Positions 11,181-21,800 of a stretch of DNA of 64,000 nt are shown here, piece after piece (the first letter of the stretch is position 1; each line of letters opens with the position of its first letter). The notes below the pieces were generated by a model, which saw only the letters and a program-made list of their open reading frames with translations, did not search any database and had not been told where the DNA came from. This DNA comes from Paraspadella gotoi (taxonomy: Eukaryota; Animalia; Chaetognatha). The translations under genes and the position numbers were made by a program. The DNA is taken from positions 10,624,703 to 10,688,702 of the forward strand of contig CM119263.1 of assembly GCA_051294375.1 (NCBI GenBank), in the 5' to 3' direction.

Positions 11181-14076
11181 TCAAAAGCTGCTCGTCGACG
11201 ATTGTTCCGACGGCTCAACTCTTCTCTTTACTCTCAAATCCCTCCAATTATCCGGCAGGTTCCAAGAAGGGCGTCGAAGGCCCGACGACGTCGCGGCTCC
11301 ATCGTCCTTCCACGATTCGGTCGTCGACTGAGCGAATCCGTCCTCGAACTTGGCCGCCAAACGGCCACGCTTCCCGAGAGTCGCCGTCGAAAGCGTCGTG
11401 GCGTAGATTCGCTGCTCCAACTTGCGCCGATCGTCCGTCTCTCGCCCCTGGCGGGGACTTTCGTCGTCGTCGTCGTCCGGCTCGAGAACCGTTTCCACGT
11501 AGACGAGTTGACTCATCTCGCGACTCAGGATCTCGAGTTTCTCGACGACCCTCGCGCCCAAACGATCCACGCTGTTCTCGCCGGACGACCACGATTGAAA
11601 GGACGTCGGGAGATCTTCTTCGGCCTCGGAAGATTCCGAGCTGATCGAGTAAAATACGAAGGTTTTGTTTTTTTGATTTAATGTTAAGTAATTGTAAAAA
11701 TATTTTTTTCCCGTCAAAGACCTGCAAGATAAGGACACGTCATCTTCAAAGGCGGCTGATTTGATTACGGTCGACTCGTGGGACGCCGATGTCGAATCGA
11801 AATCGCTCGTCGACTCCGATTTCTCTTCCTCGGAAAGAACTTCGCCAAGAAGGTTGTTGTTGTTATTGTTGTTGTTGCAATTCTTGCTATTTCTCGATTT
11901 AAGGCAAGAGTCCAGCTTATCATCGATGCTCCTGTACTTTCTCCACAGCGCCTCCAGCATTCTCTTGTCTCGCTCGTCGATGTTGAGGCCGACGCCGCTG
12001 CTGTTGTTGTTGGCGGTTCTCTTTTTGCCGCAGGATTTTCCGCAGCCGCAGGAAGGTCTTCGGTTGGCGTTGGTGTCTCCGCTCTCTCCCGCCGTCACCG
12101 ACGTCGCCCGGGCCTCTAACGCTTGCGTCATCATCGTGGGCCGAGTTTCGGGCGATTCCGAATGACGAAGCGTCATCGTTGTGAGTCGAGCTTGCTCCGC
12201 CGCAGCTGCCTTCTCCCGCTTCCTTGGGCAGTTGGCGTTGGTGCAAGGCCGCGGGTAGGCCGTCTGTTGGTTGCCTTCGATCTTTGATCGGAGGCCGTGA
12301 GGGGTTTCGGGTTTCAAAAAGATGTCATTGATTAGCTTGTTTTAGTTGTTAAAAAGTGTTGTTGAAAATATAGTTATAGAACTGCAGTCATATATGAAAA
12401 AAGCGTCGAATATTTTCGTAATTTGTATTTAAACTCTCTGTTATAATAATATTATATCAAATTCTGTCAATTTTTTTCTCGTGTTATGACTAAATTCTTT
12501 TACTACTAGTTTGACAATTTTGATGCGAAGCCGCATAGCAGTTAGTTTAATTCGATTTTTTTTTTTACATTATTTTTTCTGTTATCCCGTTAATATTTTT
12601 AAGCCTTCTTTGTTGTTACATGACGGAAATACGAGGGCACAATTCTAGCAGCGCAATCTTTTAAGCGCAAACCTGCTACCACCATTAAAAAATAGATAGT
12701 GACGAAAGTTACCACGAGAGGCGGAGCTCCGATGCCCGTCTTCGTTCTCGGAGTAGACGTCATTACCGGCGCAGGACTCGCGGTCGTCGTCGTCGTCGTC
12801 ATTCTCGGCGTCGCTGTCGTCGTCATCTTGGTCGTCGTCGTCATCCTCGGAGCCGTCGTCAACCTGGACGCCGGTGACGTCGCCCGTCCATCCTTCCCCT
12901 GCGCGGCTTTGCAACCGGGAAGTCCGCAATTCGGTCGCACCTGCGTTCTCTTTTCGCCGGTCTTTTTGCAGGTAGGGCTGCACCTGTCGACGGTGAAACC
13001 GCACCCGTACTCGCACCTGGGCGCGTGCGAGTCGATTCCCTTACAGCGGGCATCGCATCCGACGGCGCGGTCGGTTGTCTCCGGAGGAGGTATCGCTTCG
13101 ACGCTTTTGTCGACGCGAAGGTCGCCAGCTCCGCAGATGCATCCGTCGTCATCCGGACATCCTTCGTCGCACTCCAGCTCGAGTTCCTCGGGCGGGGGCG
13201 GGGGCGTTGGAGGCGGAGGTGGTGACGGCGGCGGAGCCTCGGGTTCCTTACGACAAGGTCCGCAACACGGACCGCAACGAGACCCGCAGCAGGGTTTACA
13301 ACAAGATCCGCAACTGGGCCCACACCCTGATCTGCAGCCTGATCCACAGCCTGATCCACAGCCTGATCCACAGCCTGATCCACAACCAGAGCCACACCCA
13401 GAACCACAGCAAGATCTGCATCCAAGACAGCCACAGTCCTTGTTGAGAGAGTCGGCGCCGCAACTTATTTCAGCTTCGAGTCGTTCCACCTTAGTCCATG
13501 AATGTGGTTAATTTTTTCAGTAAACTACTACATAATTTTTATCTCTTGAGAGCATTTTTTTCCTTAGTCAGAAATTAAGTAATGATTCATTTCTCTTCCA
13601 AAACGATATTTTACTTTTCCTGCCTTTTTAAGAAGACAACTGTAGATCCCAGTATGCTCTTTGTGACATAGACGAAGATCTTGAAGGCGGTCGTTGGTCG
13701 CTTGGAGGTTGCGCAAAACATTGAAGAGACGTTCCGCCTCGGGGCTGCAAAAGCAGGGAGGTCGCACGTCCACCTCCCAGGCACAGCCTCCGTTACGGCA
13801 GGAGTAGTTAAGCAAGGTGTCGATCTTTAGAAAATGGTTCAAGTGATATCAATAGAAATGCAAGCTAAATGCTGAAGTAGGAAATTTTATCTCGTTACGA
13901 TTATCGATTACGATTATATAATTTCATAGCCCAGTTTCGATTTGTCTCACTGTTCTGTCGCAACTCATGTCGCAACATCCAGGATTGCACGGTTTCGGCA
14001 TCTTGTAGCACGGATCACAAAACCAGGGATCATAGTAGCATAGATGTTCAAACGCAGGACGACAGAATCTAGCCAT
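11181..14076 (-). CDS. Cys/Gly-rich multi-exon protein with (CGSG)n repeats and coiled segments; exons ~14076-13951, 13825-13616, 13489-12713, ~12335-11181 (probable in-frame 81-nt intron ~11721-11641)
   Basis: Phase-0 GT-AG junctions link MARFCRPAFEHLCYYDPWFCDPC..., IDTLLNYSCRNGGC..., VERLEAEISCG...(CGSG)n... and LINDIFLKPETP... ORFs. No named family recognised. Confidence 0.65.
13327..13410 (+). repeat. 12-bp coding tandem repeat (CAGCCTGATCCA)n encoding CGSG on the minus strand
   Basis: Directly visible tandem array. Confidence 0.9.
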
Positions 14077-14616
14077 TAAAAAATCTTCAGTCAAGTATTT
14101 AAAAAAAATTGTTTAAGACTTACAAAATTTTCTTAGCTTTAAACTTACGGTATGCCTCCGGCGTTAATCTTCCGACTAGTCTTTTGTTTTTCCGTGCATT
14201 TTTTTTTTCTATGTGCGAAATTGTGGTCCGCAGCGCCGTGGGTCAATGATGAACCAAAGCAAAAGCCTTTTGTTTTCACATGCGTTACTAAGCGATCCCT
14301 CGACGCCGCCGGGAGAGAAATCATATTGTTAATAAGTTTTAATAAAGTTTACTGAATAAAAATTTGATTTACTTTTACGTCATTTAAAGGTTTCGTTAGA
14401 TGATATGTATCCCTGACATAATGATGAGATGTTATTTTTTTTCTTTATTTTTGGTTAAGCTCTGAGGTTGTCCATGATGATCTAATAAAAAAAAAATATA
14501 AAGAGAACCAATGTCACCTCTAACAAATATATATCTAATATCAGGCACAATTTGAATCCTTTTTTCATATCTTATTTCATCGATATTCCTCAGCCCGCGA
14601 AAACTCCAAATTCGCT

Positions 14617-15335
14617 ATGCCAGGTCTTGACGATAACGTACCGGTGGTGGTCTTGTCGACATCTCATCAACTTAAACCGAGTTACGCCAACAAATTTCGC
14701 GCCGCCGTTGTCAAGGAGATTATGTCGACGGCAATGAATGAGTTCTTCGCCAACAAGAAGCAATACGAGTCTTTTCAAGTGCAAAGGTGAACCATTACGA
14801 GACCATTTCCGAAGTATTTATTGATTTTGGTTTTTTTAGACTTAACTTTCCCGCAGAACTTCATTATATTCAATTTATAAATTCTTAATTATTTACTGCT
14901 AACTACTCAAGTAACTAGTCAAGACCAACAAAAACATTATCCACGAATTACATTATAAATTGTCAGTATGAAAACTATAAAAACCACATTATATTTTTTT
15001 ATGTTTATTGTTAATTAATAAGTATTATTATTAATGACTTATTTTTTTACAACAATACGCGTTTTTCAAGTCTCTCGCACTCTCTCAAATCTTTTAACTA
15101 CTGGCGCAGGTGGACCAGTGATTTGTGCGAAGACATAAAAAGTCGGTTGAAGAATCTCAACTATGGTCGCTACAAGTACGTCGTCCAAGTCGTACTCGGC
15201 GAACAGAGGGGCGAGGGGGTCATGATGGCGACCAAGTGCTTTTGGGATTCGGAGACCGACAACTACGCTTCTCAAGTCTTTTCTAACGACAACTATTTCG
15301 CCGTCGCCGTTGCCTACGGAGCTTACTACTATTAA
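14617..15335 (+). CDS. TCTEX1D2: Tctex-type dynein light chain (TCTEX1D2/DYNLT2B-like); exons 14617-14786, 15110-15335
   Basis: Motifs RYKYVVQVVLGEQRGEGVMMATKCFWDSETDNYAS and FAVAVAYGAYYY*. AG|GT...AG|G junction is in frame. Confidence 0.88.
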
Positions 15336-16100
15336 AACTATTTATTATTTATTCTTCTTTTAGTTCCTGGTTTGTTTATCATGGCACAGTATTTTTTTTA
15401 TTGGCCTTTTTCTCAATGCATGACACCAATGGTCTTAGAAATCTAATTCGCGATTGTGTATGCACTAAACAGTGTCTGGCTTAGATCGAAACTTCAATGT
15501 CGAAAGGCGGAGAACTTTAACTTCTGATTGTCTTTAACGCTGCCCTCGGGGTTACAACAGTTTATTGATAAAAACTCTTCAAAAGTTCAAAAATAAAAGC
15601 AGAATAAGGATAAGATCGCGCGTGATTTACGACGGATGTCGGTGCGATCACTATTACATTTAATTACCAGAGAAATCTCATCCACTAATTCTGGTTAAGA
15701 CGACAACGACGTCCGCGAAGAAAACAACTTTAAAAGGTAAAACGTTTAAAATGTTATAGTATATAACGTTTATAGTGCCTAAGCTAAAGTTACGATTTTA
15801 CCAAGGCTTTTTGGCGACGAAGATTTTGCCGCCACGCTCAGTTGGCAACCGTATTGAATTATTGTGAGGGAAGCTGATTGCTCTCTGTTTTCATCATAAT
15901 AAAATTTAATCATAATTCTTACATGAACGAAAAAAATATAATTTAAATTTCCCCCAATAAATATGAATAGTTGTCTGCGTATTACATGATTATTGCAATC
16001 GTATATTTAAATCAAATTTTTGATTTTCAAATAGTGAAACAAGCAATTTTCATTATTATCAAGGATACCGTACAGGGTTCAAACGAGATGCGTCGGAACA

Positions 16101-17327
16101 CTACGCCCACGTGATTAATTCGGGATAGCAATCTCTTTCCCCAAACCAAAAGTCTCTTAGCTTCTCGTACCACTTCGGAGGGTCATTGACTTTTCGGTGC
16201 ATATAATCGCAGAGTTTGCAGAATCCTCCCTCCAACATGCCCCCTTCTTTCGCGTCCCAGCGTTTTCTCCATTCGTGAAATTCGTTGAATCTTTTGTCAT
16301 CGATGCTCTTCAAATATTCTGCTAGTTCCTGCGGACTGAACTTCAACGCGTCGATGTAAGAACCCGGGGGCAACAAGTTATGGTAGTCCGCGCCCCCTAG
16401 CACCACCGGCACAGCCGTCGTCAACGTGAGCGTCCTCCATATCTTTGCCGAGATATATTCGTAACACAAATCGTTTTCGAACGCTAAATAAAACTTGTAG
16501 TGTCTGTTCAACATGTCGTTGCACCCGGATTCATTACGTCTCGAACACTTTTTGTCGCCGCATTTGCCGTAAACGTCGACGGGGATGTGGCGTCTGAGTT
16601 TCTCCACGTATTTATCGCGTTTGCTGACGACGTCACAATTGCTGACGAACCAAGCAGCAAGGCGAGTCTTTTGGGCGGCGTAGTTGATATTGAGTCCCGC
16701 CTCCACTCTCTTTTTTCTTATCTTATATCCATAGGGAATAGGAACGTCGCTGTCCCGTCGGTAGGTCATGGTCCAGTTGAAGACCGGACCGAAAACGTCC
16801 GTATCGAAGTTGGGCCAGCCCAAATTCAAGAAAGCCTGCGACGGAGGCTCGAGGCTGAGGAAAACCCACCGCTGACCGCGAGGTTTAAAGGGAGGAAAGT
16901 CGAAGTCTTTCACGAGCGAATCCGCGCCTTTTTTTCGTTGGATGTCTACGGGATGAAACATGACGACGTCGGCCTCTTTGAGTCGGTTTCGATCTTTCGT
17001 GATCTCGCAGCGAGATTCGTTGCAACCGTTTTTTAAAAAAGGTTGATTACCGAAACCTATGAAGTAATTGTCGCGACCCATAAACTCGGTCCACAACAAG
17101 ATGATTTTGTTTTTCGGCGGTCCTTTCGATGGCGTTGGTAGAGGCTTGGCGGATGCGACTCTTTCTTCATGGTTAACCACTCCGCCACTCGTTGCATCCG
17201 TGATGTCTTTTAAACGAAATACCCCAATTAAAACCAAAAATGTTACGATTGAAACGAGAAAGATGGCAGTTATAAGGCGCCTCCCGCGTAGAAGTCGAAC
17301 AAACATGCTGCGAAAACAATTCAACAT
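16101..17327 (-). CDS. Alpha-1,3-fucosyltransferase (GT10), intronless, type II membrane
   Basis: N-terminal TM; ILLWT, ADVVMFH, QRWVFLSLEPP, FNWTMTYRRDSDV, AAWFVSNC, YKFYLAFEN, VPVVLG motifs. Confidence 0.95.
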   Translation of the reverse strand: MLNCFRSMFVRLLRGRRLITAIFLVSIVTFLVLIGVFRLKDITDATSGGVVNHEERVASAKPLPTPSKGPPKNKIILLWTEFMGRDNYFIGFGNQPFLKNGCNESRCEITKDRNRLKEADVVMFHPVDIQRKKGADSLVKDFDFPPFKPRGQRWVFLSLEPPSQAFLNLGWPNFDTDVFGPVFNWTMTYRRDSDVPIPYGYKIRKKRVEAGLNINYAAQKTRLAAWFVSNCDVVSKRDKYVEKLRRHIPVDVYGKCGDKKCSRRNESGCNDMLNRHYKFYLAFENDLCYEYISAKIWRTLTLTTAVPVVLGGADYHNLLPPGSYIDALKFSPQELAEYLKSIDDKRFNEFHEWRKRWDAKEGGMLEGGFCKLCDYMHRKVNDPPKWYEKLRDFWFGERDCYPELITWA

Positions 17328-18838
17328 CAGCTTCTTATGATACGTTGATCTTATTGCATTCTAATTAAATATAGACAAGAGGCATTATGACTGAAGAACA
17401 ATAATTGCATGTTTCATTTATTGAGCGAAAGGGCGAAAGGCGTTAACAGGTTTGATAGATGATCGAGTCATTCCGCTGTAACTTCGAACCAGTCGTACCG
17501 GAAAAACCAGTATTTTAAAAACCTAAACAATAAAGCGTAGTATGGTGGACTAAAATCCACTAACCGTTCATCATTTTTTTACTACAAAATCTCATTAAAG
17601 TTAGCGATTTTTTTCTAAGTTGTCAACACTCGTTAAAAGAATAATTATAAAATTAAACATTATGATTATTTAATATTTTATTAAGAAAAAAGAAGTGCTC
17701 AGAAAAATAGGAAAGAAAATAGAGAGCAATTCGCCGATTACTTTTTTTTAATCCCGAGTTTAAATCATGCGATCCATTGCTGATCTACTCTGTCCGTGTT
17801 CAGAGAGAGGACGGGAAGACTAAGTCACATTCTTGTTTCAATAAAAAGTAGTGACAAAAGAATGTGTCCAATCGAAACCATAGGAGACGTCTGCAGCTTC
17901 GGCTGTAATAGAATTGGCAAACGACCTTAAGATCCGTGATCGTCCATGTGCAATTGAGTGGAGCAATTGAGAACAAAAATTTGATTTGAGTCAATTAACA
18001 ATAATAATTTTATGTGAGATGGTATGATTATTGAATATAAAATATATTTTGTTATTATTGTATCAAAATTGAAAAAAAACATATTTTAATAAAAGTTTCT
18101 TATTTTTTTCGGACAAATCTGAAACTGTTCTTAAAATTAAAAAATATTCAAAAATTATATGATTTTGTAAGGATATTACTATAAAAAAAATTCAATTTGC
18201 TCTACTGTTATGCTAAAAAATTTTTTTAAAGGGCATGGTTTTCTTTAATTACATATACATATACGGAGAAAATAAAAAAAACTATCTTACTAATCTTTTC
18301 ATCATTCAACCCTAATGTGCAATGCACAATTGCACATTGTGCAATGTGCATGTTCCTTCCTTGAAGTAATGAAAGAAATGAATTATAGTAATTTATATGT
18401 ATCTTATAATAATTAACCCAATCCTTTCTTTTTACCAGGAGCGAACGGGAAATTGCTTTCTTGCCGACGAAATTCGAAGAACGCTGTTTGCTGAAGACAA
18501 GGTGGTTGGCTCGATAAACTCGAAGTCTCCGCGATTAAATCGTCGAGAATGCAGCTGAGAATGCAACGCCAAAAACTACAAAGTTGACGGGAACTATAGA
18601 TGCGGATTAAACTACCAATAACATCCAGAAAATACCCGCGATTATCGTTTTTTAATGCTACATGTCTTTCTTAATTTGTTTTTATCATTATATGTATAAA
18701 TAACTCTCAAACCTACACTTTATAAATATACGATTTTTTATTTCATTTTATTACATTATTAACGAGAAAAGTTTATATTCCTATGAGATCCGTTCCTTTC
18801 AGTTGTCGAGGGATTGGGACGTGCGAGGTCGACTGATC

Positions 18839-21800
18839 ATGGCCGTCCAGAACCCTTCGAGCAAGCCTTCTAGACTTAGGGAGTTTCCGACGGTCTCCTC
18901 GCAATCACGCGGTACAGGTAAAAAATTATTTAAAACAAACTTGCTATTTTAATAAACGCTTCTGACCCACCTATCCCCACTTTTACCCGCTCAGCCCATA
19001 ACCCTCTCCTTCCGGTGCTGCCCCCACTGGCTCCGCGACGCGACGCCGCCTACCCGCGCGCCGTTCACAACGCCCCCTATACCGCGCTGAGGGCCACCCT
19101 CATTCACGATGACGAACCGACGCTTCTGCCGGTGACGCCGCGTTGCAGGCTTCGAACGCAGGTTGTTAGAATTTCGAGGCTGCGGATGAAATCGATCGAT
19201 GATGAAGAACGTATGATTCAGGTCGGATCGACGAACCGTTGGCGCATTCCCTCCACACTGGGTTCGGATCTTTTAGGCATCAATCAGGCGATCCGCGCAA
19301 TCAGGCGGAACGTCAGTCACTCCGTCGCCGTCCAAAGAATAGACGGTCGGGAATCGAGAACGCCGCACCGCGTCCAGGAATCGGTAGAAGTCGATATTGA
19401 ATCTAATATTTTATAAGTGTTTTATTTTTTTGCTTCGTTAATTGTTTAGGAATTGAAGAATTAATTATTTTTTTTATTTTTTTAATTTATTTATTTATTT
19501 CATTTATTTATCGATCGATTGATTTTATTGATTTATTAATTGATTAGTCTCCTCCCTCTTCGCCGCCACGTCATCCGCCGCGAACGGCGCCCGGTTCTTT
19601 GCAACTTCCCTCGATGCGAGAATCGTCAACGCCTCAGTTCACTCCCCAGCCGACTATCCAACCATTTCTTTATAAATCCGCTAAGCATGAATTCAAATTT
19701 GGTCGTCATGGCAACAAAGTCGGCACGGGTAAGACGATGATAAATATTTTATTAATTAATTCTATTTTATTAATTTTGTGAGGCCTTAAGAGAAAAAGTA
19801 ATAGGCTGAGACTCGCCCTACTTCCAGGAGTGGCCGACAACGCCCCTGCCGATGTTCTGTTGGAAAGTCTCGAAGAAGTCTGGGAGCTGCACCGTCCCTT
19901 TCTTCAAAAGTCGCAGGTGCTCTCGAAGCTGTTAAAGGCCACGGATTGGGAGCAGGAAAGAAGGTACGGCGTTGCGCATGGGGTTAATCTAGGATATTGC
20001 TAAAGACCTCTGACGTTACATAATTAATTTAATTCTAACCAATCAAGTTATGATGCGTCAACGCCCGACTTTGACCCGCTCGAGGCCGGCCGATGCGTCC
20101 GGCTACAACTGCCCGTCGACGATCATTGGATCTCCAAAAAAGCCCTCGCGGTCGCACTCAGCAAGTTGTACGAGCAAGACATGAACTTCGCGGGTAATTA
20201 AAAACATAGTCCGCGGTTGATGAGTTCTGTGATGCCACTTATACTATATAAGTTATATAGAATTTATTTTGCATCAGGAAGTGGACCGCTCGAAGCGGCG
20301 TTGGTGGTCGGAGTTCTCGGAGCTTCCATACTTCTCGATTTCGCGGATTTGTCTAATTGGTGCTTGGTTAGTTTAAGTTTAAAATAACAGTTTTTTAAAA
20401 AAATCATTCACGCGAGCAAAAAAATTGTTCTATGTTTCATCTGGTTTTTACGTAGGAGTATATGTTGGCACAGATCAAACCGTCCACCGTTTGTCAATTT
20501 CATCAAGGAGCAATCAGGTTTGTTTTTGTTTTCGGCATCGAGCTCTTTTTTCATGCGCAAGTTAAGAAATTTATTTTGGAATAAGATGAGAAATATTTAG
20601 ATTTAGGTTTACCTTGTATACAATGTACAGGTAGGTCTAGCTCTTTTGAAAATAAATTTTAAAAAATGTTTGGACATAATTATAGGAATATTAGTATGCA
20701 GGTAAAAAAAATATTAAGAGAATGTGGCGGTCGATTCACACCGTCTCACGTCCATTGGCTCAGAGGGGGAACACACCATCCCAGGCGTAGTGTTCCATCC
20801 ACAGTCCTGACGATTTCCCTCTTCGTTGGCAAAGCGAGACCGTCCTAGGGTAACCGCGCCAGTGACTGGATGCGTCACTGAGGGTCGGAAGCCCCCAAAG
20901 CCAACAGTGAGATGCCTCAACCCAGTGGGCATCACAGGCATATAACAAACTGCTTTTTTAGTGTAAGGAATTGAAGTTAGTTCCCTTAGAGCTGGACCTC
21001 CCTGTAAAATATTCATTGTATGCATAAATTGTATTCGTATCGGGTATAATTAAATTGATAAACATTATTTGCCCAGATATCGCTCAGTGACTTTGGCTAC
21101 GGCTTGCGAGCGCTGGCTCAGCCTTCATCTAGTTCCTACTCTTTCACGAAGCGTTCATATCAAACATCTTACTCCTGCAACTTTACAGGTATAATACAAT
21201 ATTTTATTTATTTATTTTAAACTGGGAATGACACTTATATGTGTCACTTTCTCAACGTTCCAAAGATGATCCTGAAAAGTCCGAAGCTTTTCGTGACGAG
21301 CGAGTGGAGAGTCTACAAGACCGTTTGCATCTGGCTGCATCTTCTTTTGAATCCTTCGCAAGACATCCTTCCTTCGTGGAAAACCGTCGTCGACTTCTTC
21401 GCCAACTTTTCCACCTCAGGCTTCTGGTCCCCTTCGCCCATCGGCACCATGTAGCGTTTTTACAACTTGAGATATAATTTTTAGAGCGAAACTTTTGTGG
21501 TAAAAAAGTACGAGTCCATATAATGCTAATATCAAGTAATGCTATTAATGCTATTAATTCTATTAATGCTATAAAGCAATTCAACTTAAATTTTCATAGC
21601 TGAGGCTCTTAACTATTCCTCCACTTGCAAAGCTCCGCCGGATCCGTCTCGCCGCCCGACGCAACCGACTCGGCTTCTGATTTGCCGCCCGGCGTCGCTA
21701 GCGCCTCCTGCATTCGCTGCAACGCGCCATCTTTTCTCGAGTCGGAAGAAGGGCAGCGATTCACGCCACTCCTACATGCCGTTCGCCTTCACGGCGTCGC

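Noticed and set aside
12713-12900. Possible frameshift into an acidic (DDDD) frame
   Set aside because: The Thr-rich frame splices in phase 0 to the next exon, so no shift is needed.
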